From an uncultured Acidobacteriota bacterium (GTDB taxonomy: Bacteria; Acidobacteriota; UBA6911; RPQK01; JAPXNP01): 64,000 bases of DNA. Shown here in pieces: positions 51,201 to 61,661 of this stretch. Under the pieces are notes generated by a model that did not search any database, was not told the origin of the DNA, and saw only the letters and a list, made by a program, of their open reading frames with translations. Every line of letters starts with the position of its first letter. Position 1 is the first letter of the stretch. A program made the translations under genes and the position numbers. The DNA lies in contig CAVZRV010000007.1 of NCBI GenBank assembly GCA_963777605.1, positions 256,001-320,000 of the forward strand, read 5' to 3'.

Positions 51201-51372
51201 CATGGGAGTTTCGGTCATCGGGGGAATGCTTACTTCAACCTTGCTGACACTGATCGTGATCCCTTCGGTCTACACGGTAATGGACGATATCAGTCTCTGG
51301 ATTGCAGCCAAGTGGCGGAGCCAGGGCCTTGGTGCGAAACAAACTCAATCCATCTCAGGGGAAGCCTCCTAG
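48271..51372 (+). CDS. RND efflux permease (AcrB/HAE1 family)
   Basis: 1033 aa; GIVIDDAIVV.ENI, GIVTKNAILLV, RLRPILMT. Confidence 0.95.
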   Translation: MFLSDISIRRPVSTLLFTGAVMFFGYIAFQNMGVDLFPEVEFPTVSVTAVLVGADPEIMDEDVTDVLEEQINTIEGVKSITSISNEGLSQIIVEFDLSKDVDVGAQEVRDKVNLAQVDLPNDLEPPIVQKIDIASQPIMWIAVTTSGDYRRIALYADNVIKERLQTVPGVGAVVLGGFRDRAVRVWLNPQELEARKLTPVDVANAIRAKHIELPGGRIEEPKKEFVVKIQGEYKSVDGLKELVVATRDGALVRLKDVAFVEDGSEDLRSVARFNGLPAIGLGIRKQSGTNTVAVADGVKAALSEITKNVPEGINVQIASDSSRFIKNSMQDVIFDLFLGAILTSIVMLVFLRNFRMTFISIVAIPTSIIASFVIMYWADFTINNMTMLAMSLAIGIVIDDAIVVLENIFRHVEEGQGALEASQIGTSEVGLAVIAASSSIMAVFIPVAFMKGIIGRFFFEFGLSVALSVLISLIVALTVIPMLCSRLLRHDPDHGPIFRVFEQGFRKIESLYAYYLDLSLRHRWITIGLAVAAFIIGLSLFPFLKTGFVTEPDESRFVVRFELPTGTSVEESARRLQDIEKTVLSQSEVRSAFAATGFAGGPNTGIVFANLVYRSDRDASQSDVMARLRTILKEDVPEALISVENVSIVGGGQRNADLQFVIQGPEVEQLGQVANSMLTEMRKLPGFVDVDDNLRLNKPELKVEIDRNLADDMGVDVRTITQNFNILFGGQDVAKFKEGGKRYDIRLRALPDSRSRPSDLLKVALRSASGELTYSPNLVRVIQGVGPQAVNRYNRSRAVTLYANLSGTSLGTALDEMRVLADKYVPKDPAWGTALTGSADVFAESFQYLFSAVLISLLVIYVILGSQFESFIHPFTILMSVPLAVAGSFGLILLSGVQLDIFAFIGFVMLIGIVTKNAILLVDFANQFRARGIPRDEALRKAGPLRLRPILMTAFTTIAAVTPVALALSEGGEQRAPMGVSVIGGMLTSTLLTLIVIPSVYTVMDDISLWIAAKWRSQGLGAKQTQSISGEAS

Positions 51373-51382
51373 GCAGGATTTT

Positions 51383-52654
51383 ATGGAAGCACGTATCATG
51401 ATGAAGCGAAAACTCCTTCTGTTGCTGTTGGCCTTTCTTCCCTTGGCAGCCGCCTGTTCCAGTTCGACTACTGCCGACGAGGCAGGAGTTACCAAGGAAG
51501 TGGCCCTGAATGCCAAAGAAGTGAGTGTCGCCCCCGTCTCGCGGCGAAACTTCGAACAGACTTTGAACGCAACCGGCTCGCTCATTCCCGTTGAAAGGGC
51601 GCGGATCCGTGCACTGGAAGCCGGCCCACTCGTTGGAGTTGGGGTTGACATTGGGGACCGTGTCAGCGCCGGCCAGGTCCTTTTCAGAGTTCGCCAAGTC
51701 GATGCGGAGAATGCGTTGCGATCTGCCCAGGCCCAAAAAGCAACGGCTGTTGCCTCGCTTCGAGACCTGGAAGCATGGCGTAGACCCGAAGAGGTGGATG
51801 TACTGCAGGCACAACTGGAGCGAGCCCAGGTCGAGGCCAAACGGCTGTCCAACGAGAGAGATCGTGCGGCAACCCTTCTCGAGCGCGGCGCAATTTCCAA
51901 GTCCCAGTGGGACCAGGCTCACGCGGCCGCCGAATCTGCTGAAGCCAATCTCAGAGTAGCCAGAGAACAGCTCCGCATCGCCAAAGCCGGCCCCACCGAG
52001 GAACAACTGGCCGTAGCCAGAAGCAGGGTCCAGGAGGCCGAGGCCCGGCTGCAGGAAAGCCAGCAGCGCTTTAGTGACACCACCATTGAAGCCCCCTACA
52101 CGGGGATCATAACCGGCCGCTTTCACGAAGTCGGCGACTACGTCCAGAAGGGACAGGATGTGGTGGAGATCTCTGATATCACGCGGCTTGAGGCCGAAAT
52201 GAAGGTTCCAGAGCGCTACTCCGGAACGTTGCACATCGGTCTCCCCGTGGATGTCCGCATCGAGAGCATTCGCGTATCCCGAAACGGGACAGTGGTTGCA
52301 GTCAACGAGGCAATCGATCAGAACACTCGGACCTTCCTGGTCAAGGTTGCGGTCGACAACTCGGGCACCCTCATCAAGTCAGGCGCTTTCTGCACCGGCA
52401 GTTACCAACTCCCGCCCATCGAGAACGCGATCGCAGTCCCTTCGACTGCTCTGCAAACTCGTGAAGGCCAGACCTTCCTCTGGGTGGCTCAGGACGGCAA
52501 GGCTCACCAATCCGATGTCGTGATTGGCGAGCGCTCAGACGGGTGGATCGAGATCGTCAGCGGGCTGACAGGTTCGGAGAAGGTCATCATCGAGGGATTT
52601 GGTGCCCTTTCAGAAGGTGACGCAATCCAGTTGACTGCCGAAACCACGAACTGA
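51383..52654 (+). CDS. RND membrane fusion lipoprotein
   Basis: Lipobox LAAAC; GD.V..GQ.L, long coiled-coil hairpin, I.AP..G. Confidence 0.9.
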   Translation: MEARIMMKRKLLLLLLAFLPLAAACSSSTTADEAGVTKEVALNAKEVSVAPVSRRNFEQTLNATGSLIPVERARIRALEAGPLVGVGVDIGDRVSAGQVLFRVRQVDAENALRSAQAQKATAVASLRDLEAWRRPEEVDVLQAQLERAQVEAKRLSNERDRAATLLERGAISKSQWDQAHAAAESAEANLRVAREQLRIAKAGPTEEQLAVARSRVQEAEARLQESQQRFSDTTIEAPYTGIITGRFHEVGDYVQKGQDVVEISDITRLEAEMKVPERYSGTLHIGLPVDVRIESIRVSRNGTVVAVNEAIDQNTRTFLVKVAVDNSGTLIKSGAFCTGSYQLPPIENAIAVPSTALQTREGQTFLWVAQDGKAHQSDVVIGERSDGWIEIVSGLTGSEKVIIEGFGALSEGDAIQLTAETTN

Positions 52655-52713
52655 ACCGCAACCCGGAATTCAGTCAAAACGCATTCCGAGGCACTCTTCA
52701 TTGGGTGAAGCAA

Positions 52714-54411
52714 ATGAAACGAAGCCAAACCATTCAAGATAGCTCCTCCACATGGGGAAAAAAGTCTCCCGCAACACTGCTCCTGGTCTGCTTCTTTATG
52801 ATCGCCGGATCATATGGACAGACTCCCTTCGGTCGCTACTACTCCGATGAAAATCGGCGTTCGGTCGAAGTCGGAGGAACCCGGTTCTATGGAACCTTCG
52901 AAAATGGCGAACTTCGCCTGAGCGAGCGGGAAGCGATCGAGATGGCTCTGAAAAACAACCTCGACGTCAACATCCAACGCTACGATCCTATCTCCGCAAA
53001 GTGGGCCGTTAACGAAGTCCACTCTGCCTACGATCCCGAAGCGTTCTTCAATTTCAACTGGAACCGTCAGGTGACACCCACGACATCGATCCTGCAGGGA
53101 CGCGAGAGCCTCACCACGATCGCGACGACAGGGAACTCGGGTGTCCGGAAACTTTTCCCGACCGGAACCTCGGCCGAACTCTACTTCGACGTTCGGCGAG
53201 ATCGTTCAACGTCTTTTTTCTCCACCATTAATCCTGCGATCAACACAAGTCTCGGCATTCTCGTCCGCCAGAATCTGCTCAAAGGATTCGGCAAATTCAG
53301 TGCCGAGTACCAGATCGAGATCACCCGAAACAACCTTAGCATCAGCAATGAGCAGTTCCGCCGGGTGGCCAGCGACCTGATCCTTCAGGTCCAGCAGGCT
53401 TACTGGGATCTCCGGTACGCTATGGAAGACATAGACGTCAAGCAGAAAGCCCTCGACGCAGCCAGTGCCCTCCTGGATCAGAATCGAGCCCGCTACGAAG
53501 CCGGCACGGCTGCCCGGTTGGACGTCTCCCAAACGGAGGCCGAGTACGCACTGCGCGAGGAGGAACTCACCCGGGCAAAGGCCACAAGGGAAATCCTCCA
53601 GGATCAGTTGATTCAGCTTATCTCTACCTATGAAGACCCCCGGGAATTCCCGGGGACGATCATTCCCGATCGTCCCGACGATACCTTTCCCCCTTTGGAA
53701 AGCTATTCCGAACTCAAGAGTCTCGCCGTGGAGAAGCGGCCCGAACTGCTGCAGAACGAACTGGATATCGAAAACAAGAAGATCGGGTTGGAATCCACCA
53801 GAAATGAACTCCGCCCCACCCTGGACCTGGTGGCCGGTTACGAACATTTTGGACTGGGTGGCCACAACAAAATTGTCGATTTCTCAGGCGGGATCACGGA
53901 CCCGGTCATTCTTGACGTCATTCCCGGAGGAATTCGGCAATCGATGAACCAGTTAATGAGCGGACGCTTCTACGGATACGTCGTCGGAGTTGACCTGAAT
54001 ATCCCCCTGGGAAACGAAGGAGCGCGGGCTCGCAACGCCCAGGCCCAAATCGCCTATGCCCGGACCGTGCTCGGAAAGCGAAGTCTCCTCCAGGGTGTCA
54101 GTCTTGAGATCCGGGACGCAATGACCCGTATTCAAACCAGCCGCGCAAGTATCCAGTCCAGCCAGGCCGCAGTCGAGGCGGCTAGACAGAGACTCGACGC
54201 GGAGGAGGCGCGCTTTGAAGTGGGCGCGGGAACCACTCGGGAATTGATCGAAGCCCAGCGGGACCTGCTGGTTGCAGCATCGGTCCTCGTCCGTGCCCGA
54301 ACGGCGCTTGTCAAGAGCTACGCTGCCCTGGACCGTGCAGTAGGAAGATCATTCGAGCGCAACGGGATTCTCCTGGAACAGGCTCTGACTACCAACGTCG
54401 TCGGCCCGTGA
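52714..54411 (+). CDS. TolC family outer membrane protein
   Basis: AI..AL.NN, two OEP repeats (V..AYW.L; E..RF..G..T..ELI.AQ). Confidence 0.9.
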   Translation: MKRSQTIQDSSSTWGKKSPATLLLVCFFMIAGSYGQTPFGRYYSDENRRSVEVGGTRFYGTFENGELRLSEREAIEMALKNNLDVNIQRYDPISAKWAVNEVHSAYDPEAFFNFNWNRQVTPTTSILQGRESLTTIATTGNSGVRKLFPTGTSAELYFDVRRDRSTSFFSTINPAINTSLGILVRQNLLKGFGKFSAEYQIEITRNNLSISNEQFRRVASDLILQVQQAYWDLRYAMEDIDVKQKALDAASALLDQNRARYEAGTAARLDVSQTEAEYALREEELTRAKATREILQDQLIQLISTYEDPREFPGTIIPDRPDDTFPPLESYSELKSLAVEKRPELLQNELDIENKKIGLESTRNELRPTLDLVAGYEHFGLGGHNKIVDFSGGITDPVILDVIPGGIRQSMNQLMSGRFYGYVVGVDLNIPLGNEGARARNAQAQIAYARTVLGKRSLLQGVSLEIRDAMTRIQTSRASIQSSQAAVEAARQRLDAEEARFEVGAGTTRELIEAQRDLLVAASVLVRARTALVKSYAALDRAVGRSFERNGILLEQALTTNVVGP

Positions 54412-54491
54412 TCCCCCTTTGAATTCCCGCTGGACTGGTGGAACCCATCGGTTTGTGGTACAGACAGTTCGAACCCAGGGAGGATGCCAAA

Positions 54492-55790
54492 GTGAAATCG
54501 TTGCGATGTCGGTTTCTGTTTCCAGTACTCTGGTTTGCCGTCCAATTTTCCGTTTCGGCGGGAGAGCTTCCCACCGTATCTCCCCGCCAGGCCGGTTTCG
54601 ACCCGCACCGGATGGAACAGATCACAACGGTATTCGGTGACTACGTCAAGGCGGGCAAACTTCCCGGTACCGTGGCACTGGTCGCTCGTCATGGCAGTAT
54701 CGCCTACCTGAAGGCCGACGGCTTCAAGGACATCGAGTCCAAGGAACCGATCGGACTCGATACGATATTCCGCATCTACTCGATGACGAAACCGATCACC
54801 ACCGTCGGCGCCATGATTCTCTACGAGGAAGGTCGCTTCCAGCTGGATGACCCGATCTCCAAGTACATCCCGGAATTCAAGGACCTCAAGGTGCTGGTCG
54901 GAGATGAAACCGGAGATGCCAACCTCGTCAAGCCGGACAGGCCACCGACGATCCACGATTTGATGCGTCACACCGCCGGGTTCACCTACGGGGTCTTCGG
55001 CGACACCATGGTGGACCGAATGTATCGCGATGCCAGGACGCTGGGTGAGGACCTTCCCCTCCACGACTTCATCTCCCGCCTGGCCGGACTTCCCCTTCAA
55101 TACCAGCCGGGAACACACTGGCACTATGGCGTTTCGGTTGACGTGCTGGGTTATTTGATCGAGGTGGTCTCGGGCCAGACGCTGGACGTGTTCCTGAAAG
55201 AACGCATCTTCCACCCCCTTGACATGAAGGATACCGCTTTCTCAGTGCCGCCCGGGAAACTGGGCCGGTTTGCGACCTGCTATGTCCCGAACCGGGACGC
55301 GACTTCCGAAAATGGTCTCCCCCTTATGAAGGCCTCCGACCGCCCTGAGACCAGCCCGTATGCGGCCCAGCGCAAGTTCCTTTCAGGGGGAGGGGGGCTG
55401 GTTTCGACGGCCCGGGACTATGCCCGGTTTCTGCAGATGATGCTGAACGGCGGCGAACTTGACGGGACCCGCATCCTGAGCCCCAAAACGGTCGCATTCA
55501 TGACCCGAAACCACCTTCCAGCCGTGGCGCTTGCCCGCAAACCGCTCGCCGGTGCCGGTTTCGGACTCGGCTTTGCGGTCGTGCTGGATCCTCCTCAGAG
55601 CGGAGTGATCAGTTCGGAAGGGGAGTATAACTGGGGCGGTTATGCCAGCACCGAGTTCTGGGTCGATCCGAAGGAGGATCTGTTCGCGATCCTGATGACC
55701 CAACTAATTCCATCCTCGACCTATCCCCTGAAGAACAACTTCAAGGTGGCTCTCTACCAGGCCCTCATCGATCAGGAGCCTTCCGAATAG
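54492..55790 (+). CDS. Serine hydrolase, beta-lactamase family
   Basis: FRIYSMTKP (SxxK), LMRHTAG, PG..W.YG, SGGGGL, WGG, WVDP; signal peptide. Confidence 0.9.
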   Translation: MKSLRCRFLFPVLWFAVQFSVSAGELPTVSPRQAGFDPHRMEQITTVFGDYVKAGKLPGTVALVARHGSIAYLKADGFKDIESKEPIGLDTIFRIYSMTKPITTVGAMILYEEGRFQLDDPISKYIPEFKDLKVLVGDETGDANLVKPDRPPTIHDLMRHTAGFTYGVFGDTMVDRMYRDARTLGEDLPLHDFISRLAGLPLQYQPGTHWHYGVSVDVLGYLIEVVSGQTLDVFLKERIFHPLDMKDTAFSVPPGKLGRFATCYVPNRDATSENGLPLMKASDRPETSPYAAQRKFLSGGGGLVSTARDYARFLQMMLNGGELDGTRILSPKTVAFMTRNHLPAVALARKPLAGAGFGLGFAVVLDPPQSGVISSEGEYNWGGYASTEFWVDPKEDLFAILMTQLIPSSTYPLKNNFKVALYQALIDQEPSE

Positions 55791-56518
55791 GATCCTTCGG
55801 ACTGGGCTCCCGAGGCCAGTTGCTCATAGCTGTCGTGAACGACTCTCAATGCCTCGAGGATTGAAGAGTCGTCGTCAGCGGCAATCGCGTCGCTGAGCAT
55901 CCCGGTGGCGTCCTGGAGTTTCTTTGCTTTCTCGACTTTCTCCGGAGCCATTTGTTCAGCAGTCGCCAGGATCAGTCGAGATCGGATTCGAAGCTTGGGA
56001 GCCGCCGCCTCAATCGCTGCAACGTCCTTTTTCGGGTAAGCACTGTGCCAGAGCGGGCGCACCAGCGTGTGGAAGTCATCCAGCAGGTCTTCAAGTGTTA
56101 CCAGTGAACTGTTGAGCGCCTGGTAGCCTCGGTGGACTCGGTCCAGCGCTGCCTTGACCGCCGCTTCGTTTCCACCCGGCTTGCTCGCCGCCGCCAGTTG
56201 GTCGACCGCGCTGGAAAAGTCGGATGCTTTCGCGGAAATCTCACTGCACCGTCCCGCCAGGTTCTTCGGCAGCGACGACTCCATGACTGCTTCCTTGAGT
56301 CGCAACAACTCAGGGGCCTGCTGCTTGACCGGACCGTAGTCTCCCTGCCCAACCGGTCCATGAATCAGCTTGCTCATCACATCATGGAAGTCGCCGAGGG
56401 ACCCTCTCATGCTGTCGTCATCGGCTGTCTTGAAGAGGCAATCGGATCCCAGGGCCGGCCGGATTCCGAACATCAGGGCCACACATACTAACGGCAGAAC
56501 AGCTGCTCTCAGTCTCAT
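55772..56518 (-). CDS. Secreted helical protein with two His-bearing repeats
   Basis: Signal peptide; repeats DFHDVMSKLIH...VHRGYQAL and DFHTLVRPLWH...VHDSYEQL; GGAGAG RBS. Confidence 0.7.
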   Translation of the reverse strand: MRLRAAVLPLVCVALMFGIRPALGSDCLFKTADDDSMRGSLGDFHDVMSKLIHGPVGQGDYGPVKQQAPELLRLKEAVMESSLPKNLAGRCSEISAKASDFSSAVDQLAAASKPGGNEAAVKAALDRVHRGYQALNSSLVTLEDLLDDFHTLVRPLWHSAYPKKDVAAIEAAAPKLRIRSRLILATAEQMAPEKVEKAKKLQDATGMLSDAIAADDDSSILEALRVVHDSYEQLASGAQSEGSYSEGS

Positions 56519-56633
56519 GGTCTACTCTCTCCGATGGATTGGTACCTGGGCTGCAAAACCTGAAAGAGTCAGATGATAACCGAAAGCCGGCTCCATGCAA
56601 AGCTTCCGGGGCAGTTCAAAGTCTTCAGCCCGA

Positions 56634-59600
56634 TCATTCATCAGCGGGGCAACTGCCGAGAAAGATCTCCGGGCCCCGGTCGCGGTTCTCCCCGGTGAAA
56701 TCCGCGTTCGAGAAAAAGAGCAACTGGAGACCGTCCGAAGAGAGCACTCCTCCGGAGTTGAGCGCCCTCCGACTGCGGGTCACCTGATCCAGCGTCTGGC
56801 TCGGCTCGTTCCAGATCAGGACTTCCTGGTTCCCGTCCCGGTTCAGCTGCAGCGGGTTCCCATCCGACGTCAGAGCCAGCCTCTTACCCAGGGAATCGAT
56901 TGACGACATCCGTGCTGCGTAGCGTGAAGGGTTGATCTGGCGCAACTCCGAAGCGCCGGCGTCGAACAGGTAGGTCGCCCAATCGAGGCTCGGGTTTCGG
57001 CCCACGAGGTCGAGCTTGGAGTTGAAGCCAATCCGCTCGCCGGACGCATCCATGTCAAAGACCACGTCATCGGGCAGCAGGCGACCCGTCGCGACCTGGG
57101 CCACCGGCAGGAAAGTTGCAGCGCCGCGGTCAGCGAGAATCAGAAGAGTGTTGCCATCAGGGTTGCTACCCTGGATGTTGGCCGTGGAGAGAAACGCAAA
57201 ACGGGAACCGTCCGCAGAAAGGCGGGGTGAGAAATTGGCCCCGGTGGCCGAATTCGTTAACTGACTCAGCGTCTCAGACTCCAGATCGAAAAGGAAGACC
57301 TCGGGATTCCCGCCGGGGTTGCTCCCCAACGGGTTTCCCGCAGCCATGTAAGTCAACTGTTGTCCGCGCACCATCAAAGTTCCCGGGAAAGGCCGCGATC
57401 CCCGGAAGAACGCTGGTGCTTCCCTGCTCGACGTCCATCAGGACCAGCACCGCCTGCCCTGCCGATCCTCCAATTCGATCGGCGTCGGACCGGTACATCA
57501 CCCACCGGCCGGCCGGGCTCAACACCGGGAAATCATTCCCGCCCGCAGTCGTCCGCGTCAACTGTACGGGGCGCCGGTCTCCCTGTTTGAAGAGGAAGAG
57601 TTCCTCGTTGCCGTCCGGGTTTTCATCGACAGGATCTCCCGTGGACGAGAAGACGACCGCGTTTCCCGATTCACTGAAGGAAGCCCGGCCCAGTCTCAAT
57701 TCGGTTCCCGAACTCTTCGTCAACTGTCGAATTGTGCAGGGCGGGAACGCCTTTCTCTCCAGGAGGTTGTTGGTCTCGGAAAGATAAATCCCGGGAAGCG
57801 GAACGAACCGGATCACAGAACCCTGCCCAGCTGCTTCGGAAAGCACGATCCCGCTGGTTCCCGTCAGTGGGTTGTCCTCCCCGAGGAACGTCATGCTGGT
57901 GGCATCAGACGCATCGACCCAACGCCTGACCGTCCCGTCGAAGGGGACCACGAACGTCAGTCGGTCTCCCTGACGCTCTGAAACGAGCAGGTGGAATGCA
58001 GCGGGACAACTCACACCTCGACGGTAGAATCCCAGCAGCGCTCCGGGCTCGCGGAGTCCCGAAGCGACCGTTCGCAACCCGCCGGTGAGCCGATTCAGCT
58101 CCAGAATCACCCCGTCGTCTTTGACCGAGACAAAAACGCTCCCACTGCAGCGGTCCACTGCGAGCCTCCCGCTTCGTGCCGCCAGGAGAAGCCGCTTCCC
58201 ACCCGACTGGAGCTTGATGCCTTTCGAAGCCGGCCCGCTCAAGTCGATCTCCAGAACCGAGAGCGGATACGAACTGACCTCATCTGCTTCTGCCACGAGC
58301 AGGAGATCCTCGACATCGTCGATTACCAGAGAACTGGGCTGGTTCAATCCCGACAAGACAACCCGAGATCCTCCGGTGGAAGGATTCAAGCGAATCACGG
58401 ACCCGCCCGTCTCGGCGGCCATGACCAGGTATTCTTGCCCGTCCGATGCCAGGTACGAAACCATTTCGGAGATGGTCTCGTTCGGAAAGCTCGCGACTGC
58501 TACAGGGACCAACTGGGTCAGATCGAGGATGGAAGTGCCCCCACTGGCCGGCGCGATTCGACCTGAAGCCCCCGGCGCAACCGACAACTCCGCCGCAAAC
58601 AGGCGCTGCAGCGAATTCAGGTAGGCCAGCGACTGAACCAGTCCGAGGCCGCTGAGCAAGTCTGCCTTGGAGAGAATGTCGACCGATGCTCCGGCCGCCC
58701 GGTTTCCGCTCGCGGCGGAAATCGTCACTGGGAGCGTCGGAGGAGTGGTGGCGGGTGCCAGATACCGCCCCGATCCGTCGATCGTCCCGAAATCCGGAGT
58801 TCCCACCGGGAACGGAATTCACAGCCCAGGCGACCGCCCCCGAGCTCTCCGATGTGAAGACCTGCTCATTTCCGGGCTGCACTACGGCAAGCCTCGGGCT
58901 GACGCCCACAGGATCGGGTTCGCTGTCCGGTTTGAAATCGGCCGGAACGGTCTGGGGAGGGATGTTGGAGAGAACTCCACTCGCGATGTTTCCGAACAGT
59001 GAGGTCAGGTAGATCGGAAGGTCGCTGGATAAGCGGATGAAGCCCCCGGCCATGTTTGCCGACTCGGGAACGAATTCGTCGATGAGCCGGCTGACCCTTT
59101 CGCCGGGGCGAAGCACCGCTGCGAACGAACCCACGAGGCTTCCGTCGGGATGGTAGGCGCTCACTTCCAGGTTGGCGGCTAGCGTTCCGGGGTTAAGTGC
59201 AGCGACACCCGTGAAGAAGCCCAGGCTGGTAGCGATATGGGAGAAGAGCGCGCTGGTTTCGCCCTGGGCAACGGTGGCCACCCCGGCCGCGGACCCAATC
59301 GACGGAACCGAGTAGGTCAGCATGCCGTTCAGGGATTCGGAAGAGGATTCCACTTCGAGCCAACCATCAAGAGTTTCGCTGCCCCGGAAGCCAAAGAGCG
59401 ACTCCAGATCTCGTCGCAACGCAGCCTCCGGATCGAGCGGCCAGTGTCACCGGGTTGGTGCCGGACTCGGGCTCGTAGAGGCCGCCGTCCGGTTGGTGGG
59501 CAGTCACCCGGGCAATCACCGAACGGGTCGAGTAGTTGACCAGGACCAGTTCGCTCTTGAAGGGCCCCAGCACCGCCAACTGGGGAAACACGAGGCGGGA

Positions 59601-60296
59601 CAACTGCTCCGTTCGGGGCCTCGCACTGAAACCGATGATGTCCTTTCCGGCCACGAGCCCAAATCCCACCAGGGGCTGGTTCGAATCGGCCCGGACGTAC
59701 AGAGCCGAATCGTCAGAGGTCGAGGCAGCAACCTCGAAGAATGAAGCCACATCGAAACGGAGGCAGCCGGATGCGGCAAGATCGACCTGCTTCACCAACG
59801 GCGTGCCGAGCCCGAACAGCGTCAGCTGAACAGAAGCCGTTTCGTCCGCCGGGTTGACCAGGTTCAGCTCAGTCGAGTAGTCGGATCCGACACGGACCTG
59901 GTTAAATACCACCTCCGCTGTCGGTTCCGGGATATCCCCACCGTCAAAGATCGAGACCTCGGCATTGAGGTACAGAAAGAAACCCGTGAGATCGTCGGCA
60001 CTGCTCTCGGCAAGGATCCAGGCTACCTCGGTCGGCTCCGTTGATCCTCCAAAGGCTTCCAGGACGGTCGTCGCGTATTGGGTTCCCGCCCCCACCACAA
60101 CCTGAAGCGGATTTCGGCTCGCCTCGACCAGTTTCCCCTGAAAGTCATAGGCCGTCAGCGTGACTGACGCCGATTCCTCGTTCGGATTGACGATTGCCAA
60201 CCCCGTAATGGTGTTCGGGCTGAACGAAGCCCGCGCAAAATGGAGCTCCGATTTTGCCAGGGCTGTCGACCCGTGCGCCAGCAACATGGCCAGCAT
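56634..60296 (-). pseudogene. Large secreted/surface protein (beta-rich repeats, Ig-like segment, beta-propeller/TolB-like repeats) broken by three +1 frameshifts
   Basis: ORFs 59367-, 58280-, 57274- and 56634- read on into each other (e.g. VPGGNS/DFGTIDGSGRY); joined length about 1220 codons; repeated NPDGN.E.FL motifs. Confidence 0.7.
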
Positions 60297-60566
60297 TGTG
60301 AGTAAACAAATCTTCAGGAAATCGCAACTCCCAGCCCTCAAGTGTGGGCGGACGTTCCCCTTGGCGTTCAATTCAAGGTTGTCCCATGGCGTTGAACTCA
60401 CAGGCCCCTCTCTACTCCTGGTTGGACTTAGCGGTTCACGGAATGAATTGCGCAAAAGTATACCCGAGATGATGATCGAGCGGCTTTCAGAACAAGAGTG
60501 AAAGGACGGCATCTCCCGATTTCCACCAAAATGCCTGACTCGAAACTTCATCCCTGGAGACTCCGA

Positions 60567-60665
60567 ATTGAAACGCGAAGTCGCGAAGTTTTCCAAGGAT
60601 AATCTTGTTGAAAACAAAGAAGATCTTGGTGCCTTGGCGGTTCAATCCAGTCGCGGCAGTTTTAC
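60567..60665. repeat. Dispersed ~100-bp palindromic repeat, copy 2
   Basis: Shares AAGTCGCGAAG, CCAAGG, AAACAAAGAA and GCCTTGGCGGTTCAATCCA with 8361-8458. Confidence 0.75.
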
Positions 60666-60771
60666 TCTCGGAATGGTCCCGCGCCGCCGGGGGGCCAGAT
60701 AACCTGAAACAGAAATCTGGAAAAACTGGATGAATTGGAATTGGGGGCCAGCCCGGAGGGCGGCATGGAGA

Positions 60772-60846
60772 AGCCCAAGACCAGCCGAAGGCGCAGTCCT
60801 GGGCCGTCCGGGGCCCCACCCCACCCGAGTCCCGCCTCGGCGGGAC
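60772..60846. repeat. REP-like hairpins
   Basis: GCCCAAGAC...GTCCTGGGC and the perfect hairpin GTCCCGCC-TC-GGCGGGAC. Confidence 0.45.
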
Positions 60847-61001
60847 AGACACGACCAAATAGCATTTGTGATCTTTGGTTTTCAATTTGTGATTCGGGGG
60901 GGACGGGAAGATTCCATTTATCGGAGTTCGCCCTCCAAGGGGACGGAGGCAACGGAAGCTGTCGCTTCCTGACCACGACTGAGCCTTTCCGTCTGGCTGT
61001 A

Positions 61002-61661
61002 TTAATAGAATTTTTCCCCAGCGACCTTTTCGGACAGGTGGGACGAATCGCAGTCCCCGTCCAGTTCCCAACCGGACGGCGTCTCCACCAGGCGGGCAAG
61101 GGAACAACACGGGACCGAGGGGAAAACGCCGTCAGCTTCCTCGGGCGGTAAGCCGAGCAGTCCGGCAGCGACACCTTGGACGGAGGCACCGTGGCCCACC
61201 CAGAGAGAATCAGCCGAAATTTCCCCAACCAGTTCTCGGGCGGTTCGTGCCACTCGCTTGAACATTGCCGCTTTCGATTCCGGGTAGCACGGATGGACCA
61301 GGGATTGGCGCGATCGAACGATGCGTGGAAAGGACTCAACCAGCCCGTTCGAGACAAGCAACCGGGGGCGGGTTCCGAACCAGACCGGGTTGAGCCATTC
61401 GGATAAGCCCCATTCGAGGTGAATAGGCAGATTCAGAATTTCGGCTATCTCCGCCGCAGTCTGCACACAACGCTGGAACGGGGAGGAGTAGATCGACCGA
61501 ATGCCGGCTCCCCTCAATGCCAGGCCGGTCTCTTCCGCCTGTTCGAGCCCATCCTCGGACAAAGGAGGGTCGTCCGGAAACTTGGCACTACTGCGCCACT
61601 CCGGGTCTACAAAGTCCATCCGGTTTCCATGTCTCGCAATCCATATCGTTCTGGTCGTCAT
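61002..61661 (-). CDS. Histidine phosphatase (phosphoglycerate mutase) family protein
   Basis: ARHG, DPPLS..G..QA, SSPF.RCVQTA, GLSE, VGHG. Confidence 0.88.
   Translation of the reverse strand: MTTRTIWIARHGNRMDFVDPEWRSSAKFPDDPPLSEDGLEQAEETGLALRGAGIRSIYSSPFQRCVQTAAEIAEILNLPIHLEWGLSEWLNPVWFGTRPRLLVSNGLVESFPRIVRSRQSLVHPCYPESKAAMFKRVARTARELVGEISADSLWVGHGASVQGVAAGLLGLPPEEADGVFPSVPCCSLARLVETPSGWELDGDCDSSHLSEKVAGEKFY

Noticed and set aside
56550-56615. GCAAAACC..GAAAG...GCAAAGCTTCCGG resembling a c-di-GMP-I riboswitch
   Set aside because: It lacks the expected paired stem and GACGC context, and it is on the strand opposite both flanking genes
57274-59440. Programmed frameshifting or phase variation in the large surface gene
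   Set aside because: No slippery heptamers or long homopolymer/SSR tracts at the three junctions
60487-61151. Several 60-230 aa ORFs in the intergenic repeat block
   Set aside because: They are translations of palindromic repeats or antisense to the phosphatase gene, with no RBS or motifs
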